This document shows positions 30,374 to 39,318 of a stretch of DNA of 64,000 nt, in pieces. The notes under the pieces are model-generated. The model had not been told where the DNA came from and did not search any database. It was given only the letters and a program-made list of their open reading frames with translations. Where the stretch lies: assembly GCA_051251855.1 (NCBI GenBank), contig JBPOGI010000001.1, forward strand, positions 1,344,001-1,408,000, written 5' to 3'. The position numbers were made by a program, and so were the translations under genes. Each line of letters starts with the position of its first letter. Position 1 is the first letter of the stretch. This DNA is from Roseibacillus sp. GTDB lineage: Bacteria; Verrucomicrobiota; Verrucomicrobiia; Verrucomicrobiales; Akkermansiaceae.

Positions 30374-30401
30374 AAAAAGAGCCTCGATTAGGAGGCTCTT
30401 T
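30374..30401 (-). terminator. Intrinsic terminator of the respiratory operon, possibly bidirectional
   Basis: AAAGAGCCTC/GAGGCTCTTT stem with flanking A tract. Confidence 0.75.
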
Positions 30402-30431
30402 CGAAGACTAAAGACTAGAGAAAATGCTCTC

Positions 30432-31220
30432 TTAATTGACGGCAACCTCAGGAGAAGACTCCTCTTTCGTATTACGCTTGAGAGCTGCTTCCGACTGCTC
30501 ATCAGCCCAACTGTCAAAGGAACCCTGCTTCACCACTTCCATCAACCCACGCATGTTACCATGTTGGTCGCCACAAAGCTGAGCGCACACCACATAGGTT
30601 TCGAGAGTCTTCGTCGGAGTAAACCACATCGGAATGTCCTGTCCGGGAATAGCATCCTGCTGAACACGCATTGGAACAATGGCGTAGTTGTGAATCACAT
30701 CTGTTGCCGTGACCATGACGATAGTTGGCTTATCAACCGGAACCTTCATTGTCGCTGCAGTAAAATCGTCCCATCCATTTGGATCGTCAGGGTCAATACA
30801 AGGATCCCCTACATTCGCTACCAAGTGACGGTCGATACGGCCGAACTTACCATCCTTACCAGGATAATGGTAATTCCAAGCAAACTGATAACCGATAGCG
30901 CGCACACGCACTGGGTCCTGCTTTTGAATGTCTTCATATTTATCAGTCCGTTCACGCCAGAGAGGAAAAGCAAAACCAAGAAGGAGAACTGCCTCAATAA
31001 TCACAACGCCAACCTCCAAGTGGCTCGAAACGTGATTTTTAACACCCGTATAATCCGCCTTAGGATTGCGGCGAGCAGCAAAACGCCAACAGCAGTAGAA
31101 GAAAAATACTGTCCAACCTACAAAGAGGATGAGCATGAACCAATGCACAACAGCAATCAGGTGGTCGACACCACCGCCGTGTTCGGAAAAGTTTTCGGTT
31201 ACACCGAGAAGTTCGTTCAT
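30432..31220 (-). CDS. coxB: Cytochrome c oxidase subunit II
   Basis: Two TM segments; DVIH...CAQLCGDQHGNM CuA site. Confidence 0.93.
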   Translation of the reverse strand: MNELLGVTENFSEHGGGVDHLIAVVHWFMLILFVGWTVFFFYCCWRFAARRNPKADYTGVKNHVSSHLEVGVVIIEAVLLLGFAFPLWRERTDKYEDIQKQDPVRVRAIGYQFAWNYHYPGKDGKFGRIDRHLVANVGDPCIDPDDPNGWDDFTAATMKVPVDKPTIVMVTATDVIHNYAIVPMRVQQDAIPGQDIPMWFTPTKTLETYVVCAQLCGDQHGNMRGLMEVVKQGSFDSWADEQSEAALKRNTKEESSPEVAVN

Positions 31221-31223
31221 AAT

Positions 31224-31433
31224 TTAGTGAGAGCTTTGAGGGTTGAAATCGTCTTTGTAGCGCGAGTCGAGGTTGGCTTGCTCACGGCGCATCATGCGTG
31301 CCATGAGAAACCCCACAATTCCAAGAATGCCAACGATGACGATGAGGAGAAATAAAATGGCCAAACCAGCCGCATTGCCTCCAGCAGCATGAAATGCCTT
31401 AGCACATGTGGTGCATCCGAGTATAAAGTTCAT
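31224..31433 (-). CDS. Small membrane protein with N-terminal CxxC
   Basis: GCTTC then one TM helix; tightly packed in operon. Confidence 0.7.
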   Translation of the reverse strand: MNFILGCTTCAKAFHAAGGNAAGLAILFLLIVIVGILGIVGFLMARMMRREQANLDSRYKDDFNPQSSH

Positions 31434-31445
31434 TTCGATACAGAG

Positions 31446-31649
31446 TTATAGAATTAAATTCTTGGCCTTACGGTAAAACCGCACGCCGTAATACGGCAAC
31501 AGAACTGAAGCAATCGACATAACGACGCCAAGAATCGTCACCGACATCCCGCTCCCGCGAGGAGCGAAACCAAAACACCAAACGGCAAGTCCTACACAAA
31601 GAAGGGTCGCAAAGGTAATGAAGACAAGATGGAATCCGCGTAGAGACAT
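31446..31649 (-). CDS. Small two-helix membrane protein
   Basis: 67 aa, hydrophobic, within operon. Confidence 0.7.
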   Translation of the reverse strand: MSLRGFHLVFITFATLLCVGLAVWCFGFAPRGSGMSVTILGVVMSIASVLLPYYGVRFYRKAKNLIL

Positions 31650-31657
31650 GACTTAAT

Positions 31658-32038
31658 CTACTGTGGTGGTTTCGAGGGGTCGTAGAAGCCCGACTTATTT
31701 TCCTTGGTCGTCCCTTTGCCATACTCAATGGGATCCGAAAACGCCCAAGCAGTAATTGCCATAAGGAAAACGCCAAGAACGATACCCATGATAAAGAGAA
31801 AATAAACCAGTTTTTTCTCATGGTTCAAGTGCATGAAGATTAACATCACTAACGAAGCCTTAAAGGCTGCGATCACGAGTCCCAGCACCATATCATAGAC
31901 ATCGAAACCATGTCCCCCGAAATCGAGGGCAGGCACAGTCGCAACTGCAACTGTTATACCAGTGAAAATGAAAAGGGTAAGCCCAATAAAGGTATAAAGC
32001 TTCTTAGCTTTTTGAATTTCTGCAACAGAGTCAGCCAT
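31658..32038 (-). CDS. Cytochrome c oxidase subunit IV family
   Basis: KASLVMLIFMHL motif. Confidence 0.85.
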   Translation of the reverse strand: MADSVAEIQKAKKLYTFIGLTLFIFTGITVAVATVPALDFGGHGFDVYDMVLGLVIAAFKASLVMLIFMHLNHEKKLVYFLFIMGIVLGVFLMAITAWAFSDPIEYGKGTTKENKSGFYDPSKPPQ

Positions 32039-32044
32039 GGTGAA

Positions 32045-33790
32045 TTACATCAAGTAAAGGATTGGGAAGAGGAAGATCCAGACGAGGTCAACGAAGTGCC
32101 AAAATAAGCCTCCAACCTCGACTCGGTTCGCGAGACGCTCGGGATTGTTCAAATACATTTTCTTTCCGAAGAAAAGAAAATGACCTAGGACAATGATACC
32201 ACCGATAACGTGGAGTCCATGCAGTCCGGTAATAAGGAAATAAATAGCGTAGTAGTTATTCCAACGGGGGGTGAACTTACTTTCCAAGTTCACCTCTTCA
32301 CGAGGAACGACTACTTCCGGGAAATGCTTCGCATAATCTTTCTTGTGGTTAGGGCCCGCAAATCCACTAAAGACACCCTTCTCATCATTACCCTCCCCCA
32401 TGTTCACCAATTCCTGCCATCCCATACGGTAGCGTTCAGTGTCGGTAGGAACATGCGTCGGCTTGCCATCTTTCCCCAACCCATGCTTTTTGAGAAGTTC
32501 CTTCTCCAACTCCCCGATGTGCTTTATATGTTTCTCCCAAAGCGCTTTCACCTCTGGATTATTCTTAATAATCCATGTGGACTGAATCGCAACCTCGGGG
32601 TCGATGCCCTTCTCCTCTGCTCGCTGAGCAACGAACCGAAAATCTACAGCATCAGCCGCCATCTCAATCTGGCTATGCTTGCTGTCCATCTCACCTCCAA
32701 GAAGAGTACCATCCTTAAAGCTAGCCGAAGAAGCCGTTTCGAGAACATCACGTGGCTTGAGAACAAAAGTTACCTTCGGCTCAATATTGAAAGTGACGGA
32801 TGAAGGAGCCCTAACGATAAAATCATCAAAAGCAGGGTTAAGCTCAAGTTTGTCCTTAATCTTGTAGGAAGGCTCATTACGCATGTCCTTAGGAAGATCC
32901 TTCCTAAGACGCGCCCATGCATCGCGATTTTGCTTTGTGCGAATAGCAGCATTGTGCGCTTTCGCATCGAGATGCACTTCACGGAGTTTCTTGAGAAGTC
33001 CCAAGGTAAGAAGCTCACCCTCTTTCGCCAACTCAGTCTCGGCAACTTCGGGGTTGCTTCGACCACTCACGGTTGAAGCGAGCTTCACGTCACGCTTCTG
33101 AGATTGAGCCTGTAGCATCAAATCCTGAATAGTCGGGTCGTAAAAACGCTCAAGGTCGATCGTAATCGTGTCTGCGTTGAAGATTACCTGATTGAAGTAA
33201 TGCTTCTCTTTCTTACCCTTGGATTTGCCACCATGATCGTCGGCAGACTCTTCCTTGTCGGCAACAAGAATCATGCCACTAGATTCGAAGGAGCCATTGG
33301 CATGTTCCTCGGCTTTTTTGGCGTGGGAGTCCCCATGCCCTTCGGGGTGGTAGTGTTCAATCTTCCCCTCGGAATCGATAGTGAATTTGTGAGTGTGGCC
33401 TTCCAAGACAACAAAGTCTTTCATGCGCACCGCTTGGTGACTCCACTTTGCCTTATACTCGATCCCTTTGAGGACCATAAAGAGACCAGCACAAAGTAAT
33501 GTGATCACCATGTAGACCTGAAACTGACGCCACTTGCGCATCTTGAGAGAAGCCCAAGCAAAGACGATCGTAACTGAAGAAAAGATGAGAATGAAGGTAT
33601 TGATCAAACCAGGCACCACAGGCAACGCCCGCTCTGGCCAAGGAAAGTCAGCATAGACTCGCAAGAAAACGTATCCGGAGAAGAGACCTCCAAAGAGCAT
33701 CACTTCCGATGCAAGGAACAACCAAAGGCCTACTTTTGCATTGTAAAGGCCGGTGTCCTTGCGGGCGGTAACAGTATAGGGAATATCCAT
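32045..33790 (-). CDS. coxC: Cytochrome c oxidase subunit III with large insertion
   Basis: FLASEVMLF, TGLHGLHV, FWHFVDLVW; about 385 soluble residues inserted. Confidence 0.9.
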   Translation of the reverse strand: MDIPYTVTARKDTGLYNAKVGLWLFLASEVMLFGGLFSGYVFLRVYADFPWPERALPVVPGLINTFILIFSSVTIVFAWASLKMRKWRQFQVYMVITLLCAGLFMVLKGIEYKAKWSHQAVRMKDFVVLEGHTHKFTIDSEGKIEHYHPEGHGDSHAKKAEEHANGSFESSGMILVADKEESADDHGGKSKGKKEKHYFNQVIFNADTITIDLERFYDPTIQDLMLQAQSQKRDVKLASTVSGRSNPEVAETELAKEGELLTLGLLKKLREVHLDAKAHNAAIRTKQNRDAWARLRKDLPKDMRNEPSYKIKDKLELNPAFDDFIVRAPSSVTFNIEPKVTFVLKPRDVLETASSASFKDGTLLGGEMDSKHSQIEMAADAVDFRFVAQRAEEKGIDPEVAIQSTWIIKNNPEVKALWEKHIKHIGELEKELLKKHGLGKDGKPTHVPTDTERYRMGWQELVNMGEGNDEKGVFSGFAGPNHKKDYAKHFPEVVVPREEVNLESKFTPRWNNYYAIYFLITGLHGLHVIGGIIVLGHFLFFGKKMYLNNPERLANRVEVGGLFWHFVDLVWIFLFPILYLM

Positions 33791-33811
33791 GATATCAGGA
33801 AAGTCGACAGG

Positions 33812-35713
33812 TTAGGCAACAGTAGGCTTAGACTCCTCTTTGGTTGGAGCGGACTCGGGTGCAGCCTTAGAAGGCTCATGCCACTGTGGCATGTAATCTT
33901 CATCACAATCAGGACGAGAATATTCGTAAGGACCGCGATAGACTGAAGGCTCGGTAAGGAAGTTTCCATGCCCTGGAGGCGTTGGAGTCGCCCACTCAAG
34001 GGTCGTCGCATTCCAAGGATTGTCGTTCTCAACCTTCTTACCACGGCGCCATGCGAAGAAAACGTTAAGGATGAAAGGAATCTGTGCCAGCGCGAGCAAG
34101 AAAGCGGCATTCGACATCGTGATATTGAGAGGCATATACTGCTCAACCGTATTGCCGAAGACGTTTGCACTCTCGCTCGCTTGGGCCAAGTAAGCGTCTC
34201 CTCCGTTATACCAACGACGATGGAAACCAGCCATTCCCTGCACCAACATTGGGAAGAAGAGCAAGTTAACGAAAATCAACGAAGGCCAGAAGTGAAGGTG
34301 CCCCAGAAGGTTGTTCATGTATCGGCCAGTAATCTTTGGATACCAGTGGTAGACGCCTGCGAAAAGACCAAAGAGAATACCAGGTGCTACCACGTAGTGG
34401 AAGTGACCAATCACGTAGTAGGTGTCGTGAAGGTGAAGCCCCACAAGGTTGAAGGCAAGAGGCAGACCGGTAAGGCCACCAATTCCAAACATAGGAATAA
34501 ATGCAGTTGCCCAAAGCATCGGCACTGTGAACCGAATCGAACCACCCCACATCGAGATAATAAGTGAAGTCAGAAGAATCACCGACGGAATCGAAATCAA
34601 TACCGTCGTTGTCTGGAAGAAGGTCGAAATCACGGGACCCATTCCGGTGAGATACATATGGTGAGCCCAAACAATGAAACTCAAGAAACCGAGGATAATT
34701 ACAGACCAAACCATGGGACGGTATCCCCAGAGAGGCTTACGAGTATTGCAGGGAATAATTTCCGCGACACAAGCAATGGCAGGAAGGAGAAGAACATAAA
34801 CCTCGGGGTGACCTAGGAACCAGAAAAGGTGCTGATAGAGAAGAGGACTACCACTACCAGCAACCTCCAAAGCACCACTACCTGTCACCAAACCAGAAGG
34901 CATGAAGAAAGAAGATCCAAAGACACGGTCACTCAGCTGCATCAGAGCTGCTGCTTCAAGGGGTGGGAAAGCAAGCAAAAGAAGAAAACCGGTCACCAGC
35001 ATGGCCCATACGAAAAACGGCAAACGCATCCAAGTCATCCCCTTCGCTCGAAGGTTAATAATGGTGGTCAAGAAGTTGACCGCACCAAGGAGCGAGGAAG
35101 AGATGAGAAAGACCATCGCTAGTAACCACCAAGTCTGTCCGGTCATCCACTGGTTGGGAGCACCCGCCTGTTGCAGACCAGCAAGAGGAGAATAGTTTGT
35201 CCAGCCTGATTGAGCTGCACCGGTATTGAGGAAGAAACTTGCCAACATCAACATACCGCCAACGAAGTAGAGCCAGAAACTCCACATGTTCAACTTAGGG
35301 AAAGCCATGTCGATTGCTCCAATCTGAAGGGGCATCACGTAATTACCGAAAGCGGCGAATCCAAGAGGAACCACTCCCAAGAAAACCATAATCGTTCCGT
35401 GCATCGCACCGAACATATTGTAGGTCTCCCCCTTCACCATTCCGTCCTGAAGCCAACGAGCCTTCCAGTCTGCGCTGAAAAAGAAAGACATCCACTCGGG
35501 AAGTGGCTCATGAGGATAGGCGATTGACCAGCGCATCACCATCATCAAACAGAATCCGATGAGAAGAAAAATTAGGGAAACTAATCCGTATTGGATGCCG
35601 ATCGTCTTGTGGTCAGTCGAGAAAAAATACTTCTCAAGAAAGCTCGGATTATGATGGTCATCATGGTGATGATCATCGTGAGAATGGTCTGCGGTTGGTG
35701 CTGCTGCGCTCAT
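33812..35713 (-). CDS. coxA: Cytochrome c oxidase subunit I, A1 type
   Basis: DHKTIG, MHG, GHPEVY, WAHHM, HDTYY, GHFHY. Confidence 0.96.
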   Translation of the reverse strand: MSAAAPTADHSHDDHHHDDHHNPSFLEKYFFSTDHKTIGIQYGLVSLIFLLIGFCLMMVMRWSIAYPHEPLPEWMSFFFSADWKARWLQDGMVKGETYNMFGAMHGTIMVFLGVVPLGFAAFGNYVMPLQIGAIDMAFPKLNMWSFWLYFVGGMLMLASFFLNTGAAQSGWTNYSPLAGLQQAGAPNQWMTGQTWWLLAMVFLISSSLLGAVNFLTTIINLRAKGMTWMRLPFFVWAMLVTGFLLLLAFPPLEAAALMQLSDRVFGSSFFMPSGLVTGSGALEVAGSGSPLLYQHLFWFLGHPEVYVLLLPAIACVAEIIPCNTRKPLWGYRPMVWSVIILGFLSFIVWAHHMYLTGMGPVISTFFQTTTVLISIPSVILLTSLIISMWGGSIRFTVPMLWATAFIPMFGIGGLTGLPLAFNLVGLHLHDTYYVIGHFHYVVAPGILFGLFAGVYHWYPKITGRYMNNLLGHLHFWPSLIFVNLLFFPMLVQGMAGFHRRWYNGGDAYLAQASESANVFGNTVEQYMPLNITMSNAAFLLALAQIPFILNVFFAWRRGKKVENDNPWNATTLEWATPTPPGHGNFLTEPSVYRGPYEYSRPDCDEDYMPQWHEPSKAAPESAPTKEESKPTVA

Positions 35714-35737
35714 CGTCGGAATCTAGATCAAGTTCTG

Positions 35738-36523
35738 TTAGTTTCCACCAGCATTTGCAACTGGAAGGTATGTTTCGAAGTCAATGATGGTTGCGGGATC
35801 CATCGTTTCGCCTGGAAGAAGTTTCATATGGCCGTCCAAAAGCTCTTGAGCACTCGTAGCCTTGCCGGCTCCACGCGCTTCGTAGGCATCAATTGCAACT
35901 TGGGCCTGCTCGATGGTGACGACATCACCAACGTTGTTTAGTCCATTGCGAAGATATGTCATCAAAGGTGCGAGCTCTTTCGCTGAGAGAGGTCCTTGTG
36001 CGGGCATCGCCCCATTCCATGTCTTACCAGCCACCTCGATAGGTCCTTGGACTCCGTTAAGAATAATCATTCCTAGAGCTTCGGTATTATCACCAACCAC
36101 CCACTCAGAATCAGCAAGTGGAGGAAAATTCGCTCCATCACCTTTACCGTCAGCGCCGTGACAACCAGCGCACTTACCGTAGGTTTTAGCTCCTTGCTTC
36201 ACGAAGAAAGGAAGCATCTCTCCTTCAGTAACTTCTTCGACCCCACCGGAAGTGTCTGGCTCGAAGTCATTCGCCCACATAGTGCTCTCATCGTATGCAA
36301 AGAGAGCTCCACCCTTACCGAGCACACCACCACCTACCAAAAGAGCTATACCAGCGCAAAGGAACAGCCAGAGCGGCACGGGCTCCATACCGTTTTCGTG
36401 AAGACGACGCTCACGAATCGTCGCAGGGGTCGCCCCCTCAAAAACAGCGTGCGTCTCAGCTACGTTGATCTCCTCGTCGAGGTCAGGTCGAAGCCGGGCG
36501 TTAGGTTCTTGCTCAGAAGACAT
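35738..36523 (-). CDS. Membrane-anchored monoheme cytochrome c
   Basis: One TM helix, CAGCH, GAMP axial Met. Confidence 0.9.
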   Translation of the reverse strand: MSSEQEPNARLRPDLDEEINVAETHAVFEGATPATIRERRLHENGMEPVPLWLFLCAGIALLVGGGVLGKGGALFAYDESTMWANDFEPDTSGGVEEVTEGEMLPFFVKQGAKTYGKCAGCHGADGKGDGANFPPLADSEWVVGDNTEALGMIILNGVQGPIEVAGKTWNGAMPAQGPLSAKELAPLMTYLRNGLNNVGDVVTIEQAQVAIDAYEARGAGKATSAQELLDGHMKLLPGETMDPATIIDFETYLPVANAGGN

Positions 36524-36541
36524 GGTTAAATTCGTTAGCGC

Positions 36542-37174
36542 TTACTTTTTGCGAGGGTTAAGAGAGGTCGGAATGGTATTATCCTTCCGCATCGAAAGGA
36601 GGTAGGCCGCAAGTGCTTTCGCCTCAGGCTTAGGTTTACTGGCACTTCCATTGAACATGAAAGAAAGTGACGGGCACACGGACTTGTAGTCGTAGTCGCG
36701 TGGATTGTAGAGGTGATTGAGTAGCCACTGCTCGGGTGTAATCGCCTGCTCTGCCCCTTGACGCTGTGCGCGAATCGCAACATTACTTAAGTCCTGACCG
36801 ACTCGGCCCTGACCAATGTAGGCAAACTTTTCGCCGGCAAAATCGAAAGGATTGGTCTCGCGACGGGAATCTTCGATACCTTCCGCTGCATTCGAGGGAA
36901 CACCCGCCCAGTCTTCGCGATACATGTCTGTCCCCGCATAGCTTGGACGAATCAATTGAGTGTGGCAAAGAGCACATCCATTGGCGGCATAGATGGGAGC
37001 GCCGTCAGTGCGGCCGGTCCGCTGAAATTCGTAGACACCGTCGAAGCCGTCCTGTGCCTCGTTAAAGGTAGGAGCCTCCAGATTGGCCATCTGAACATAG
37101 GGAATCGCAATTGCGAAAACCCATGGAAGTCCAAAGGCGGCGCTGAGACCGATGAGAAAAGTTTTAAAGTTCAT
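36542..37174 (-). CDS. CcoO/FixO-like monoheme cytochrome c
   Basis: GCALCHTQLIRP, GRVGQDLS, HLYNPR. Confidence 0.85.
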   Translation of the reverse strand: MNFKTFLIGLSAAFGLPWVFAIAIPYVQMANLEAPTFNEAQDGFDGVYEFQRTGRTDGAPIYAANGCALCHTQLIRPSYAGTDMYREDWAGVPSNAAEGIEDSRRETNPFDFAGEKFAYIGQGRVGQDLSNVAIRAQRQGAEQAITPEQWLLNHLYNPRDYDYKSVCPSLSFMFNGSASKPKPEAKALAAYLLSMRKDNTIPTSLNPRKK

Positions 37175-38667
37175 TATGCCTTGGCTGCTTGAAGTTCTTC
37201 AATATCACCCTCTGGGCCGTGAGGAGAATTCGCATGATGTCCCCCATCAAGCAATGTGGGATGGGTGCTTCGGCGACCAAGCCGTGCCCACATCAAAAGG
37301 AGGTGAGAGAGAAAGATGAAGTTAGCAAGGGCGATGAAGAGCCATGCGAGAGTCGTTCCCACCGCATAAGCCTTACCAAAAGTCGCAGCATCTGCCCAGG
37401 GGGCACTGGAATCATTCTGAGCACCTCCTTGGAAAGCTCCCCCAATAATGGAACACAACACGACGGCTGCGACACCATAGAGAGACAGGAAGAAATGGCT
37501 CTTGATGAATCGCTTAGACAACCACTCGCGACGAGTGACGCGAGGCACCACAAAGTAGATGAGTCCGAAAATGCACATGCTGAAAAATCCGTAAATCGCA
37601 AGAATATCGAAACCGTACCCTGTGAGACTAAATTGAGTCGCGGCAAGGCTCCCGCTCGTGTTTAAGAAGAGGCCAAAGATTCCCAAAAGAAGCATCCCAA
37701 CCATACCACCTAAGGTGAAATGAAGAGAGGGACTATTGCGAGCAGCTCCACTTTCATCCTGAAGAATCGTGCGTAAAATATTTACTGCAACCGCCAGCGC
37801 AGGAATCAAGAAAAGAACAGTCGCAGCAGCACCAACATAAGGCAAAAACTGGGGAATGGGTGCACCAGCCAATTTTTGGAAGCCAGCCCATGGCGCAATG
37901 ACCATCAAAGACCAAAAACCGAAAAGCGCCAGGTGGTAGCTGTGAACCGGCCGACCGGTGACCTTAGGTGCCAAGTAGTAAGCCGAAGAAATGGCCACCG
38001 GTGCGAGGAAGAGGAAGAGCATTCCAGAACGGAACCATTCTGAAACAGCAGCCTTCATCAAGGGATGTCCATCGAGAACGAAGACAAATAAGTGAGCGCT
38101 GAAGAAGATCCATGGAAATGCAATAATCGCGGCCAACAAATACCATTGAGAAACATAAATATGCCCCTTTTCGCGAACCTGGAACTGAATCCCCGACCAA
38201 ATGGTGGTCAAGATGTAACTAATGAGAAGCATAGGCCAAACGAAAGTAGGAAAAGCCATCCAAGTCACCCCAGTGCTACCACCCAAAAGAATACCAACAA
38301 GACCAAGACTGATAGCGATATTCCAAATGTGACCAGCAATCAAAATAAGAACACTGTTCTTCGACTCTTTGCGACAAAGACGAGCCATGAGCCAAATAAT
38401 GGCACCAAAGGCAGCCTGACAGGCCCATCCGTAAAGAAGGATATTCTGATGAGCGAGAGAGAGACGACCAGTTGTTGCCCATGCCGCATCTCCGAGGAAA
38501 TCCGGTGAGTGGCTCTTGAAAGAGGAAGCAAATCCAAGAAGCACCGCAACGAAAAGCCAAAGGGCTCCGCTGGTGAAAAAGAACATCACCGGGTGCCGCA
38601 GCGAGCGGTCGATATCGGCGCGCAATTTGGCGTCCTTGGGATCAGAATTCTGTGCAGTTGCAGACAT
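37174..38667 (-). CDS. CcoN-like heme-copper oxidase subunit I homologue lacking active-site ligands
   Basis: GRL..AHQN, HIYVSQWY, YYLAPKVTGRPVHSY, WAG retained; His ligands replaced. Confidence 0.85.
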   Translation of the reverse strand: MSATAQNSDPKDAKLRADIDRSLRHPVMFFFTSGALWLFVAVLLGFASSFKSHSPDFLGDAAWATTGRLSLAHQNILLYGWACQAAFGAIIWLMARLCRKESKNSVLILIAGHIWNIAISLGLVGILLGGSTGVTWMAFPTFVWPMLLISYILTTIWSGIQFQVREKGHIYVSQWYLLAAIIAFPWIFFSAHLFVFVLDGHPLMKAAVSEWFRSGMLFLFLAPVAISSAYYLAPKVTGRPVHSYHLALFGFWSLMVIAPWAGFQKLAGAPIPQFLPYVGAAATVLFLIPALAVAVNILRTILQDESGAARNSPSLHFTLGGMVGMLLLGIFGLFLNTSGSLAATQFSLTGYGFDILAIYGFFSMCIFGLIYFVVPRVTRREWLSKRFIKSHFFLSLYGVAAVVLCSIIGGAFQGGAQNDSSAPWADAATFGKAYAVGTTLAWLFIALANFIFLSHLLLMWARLGRRSTHPTLLDGGHHANSPHGPEGDIEELQAAKA

Positions 38668-38670
38668 GAC

Positions 38671-39318
38671 TTAGAGAGCAGAAGGGTCAGCGGGTTTAAA
38701 GAGAGTCTCCGGGCGAGGGGCTTGCGGAGCTGGAGCGGGAGATTTCTTAGCAGCGGGAGCTGGCTTCACTTCGGGAGCTGGTTTCGCTTCAGGAGCTGGT
38801 TTCGCTTCGGGAGCTGGCTTCGCTTCGGGAGCTGGTTTCGCTTCAGGAGCTGGTTTCGCTTCGGGAGCTGGTTTCGCTTCAGGAGCTGGTTTTGCTTCAG
38901 GAGCTGGTTTCGCTTCGGGAGCTGGCTTCGCTTCAGGAGCCGCAGCCTCGTCCGAGCTCTCCCCTTCTTCTGCGGGAGCCTCCTCGGCAACTGTCGCAGG
39001 GTCGCGGAACATGTCGTTCTTCATTGCCAAAGGCTTGCTGCTCACCCACTTGGCTCCAACGAGGGCAAAAACCTCTGAGGGAGGAACTTGAAGCTTGTCG
39101 CCATTCTCAACACGCTCAAAATTTTTGAGCTGCTCAGCTTCTACAAGCTCCCTTACCGCAAGACGGCGAGTCGCGCCGGCCTCATCAGCGGCAGTCACTT
39201 CAGGGGAACTGACCATAGGAGCTAGAATGAGTGCAATAATACCGAAGAGCAGAAAGGCTCCCAGCACGAGCCAAAAGGCCGTGAATCGCTTGATTGGTGT
39301 ATCGTTCGTAGCAGACAT
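38671..39318 (-). CDS. ActG-like single-pass protein with APEAKP repeat tail
   Basis: Follows actF; one TM helix; LQVPPSEVFALV resembles the ActG core. Confidence 0.6.
   Translation of the reverse strand: MSATNDTPIKRFTAFWLVLGAFLLFGIIALILAPMVSSPEVTAADEAGATRRLAVRELVEAEQLKNFERVENGDKLQVPPSEVFALVGAKWVSSKPLAMKNDMFRDPATVAEEAPAEEGESSDEAAAPEAKPAPEAKPAPEAKPAPEAKPAPEAKPAPEAKPAPEAKPAPEAKPAPEAKPAPEVKPAPAAKKSPAPAPQAPRPETLFKPADPSAL
38756..38940. repeat. 18-bp coding tandem repeat, 10 copies
   Basis: GGAGCTGGYTTYRCTTCR x10, encoding APEAKP on the minus strand. Confidence 0.95.

Noticed and set aside
30561..31355. 264-aa plus-strand ORF and similar long antisense ORFs across the respiratory operon
   Set aside because: Shadows of well-supported minus-strand genes.
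37174..38667. Functional cbb3 oxidase
   Set aside because: Active-site His and Tyr residues are missing.
38756..38940. CRISPR array
   Set aside because: Contiguous 18-bp units without spacers, in frame within a gene; no cas genes seen.
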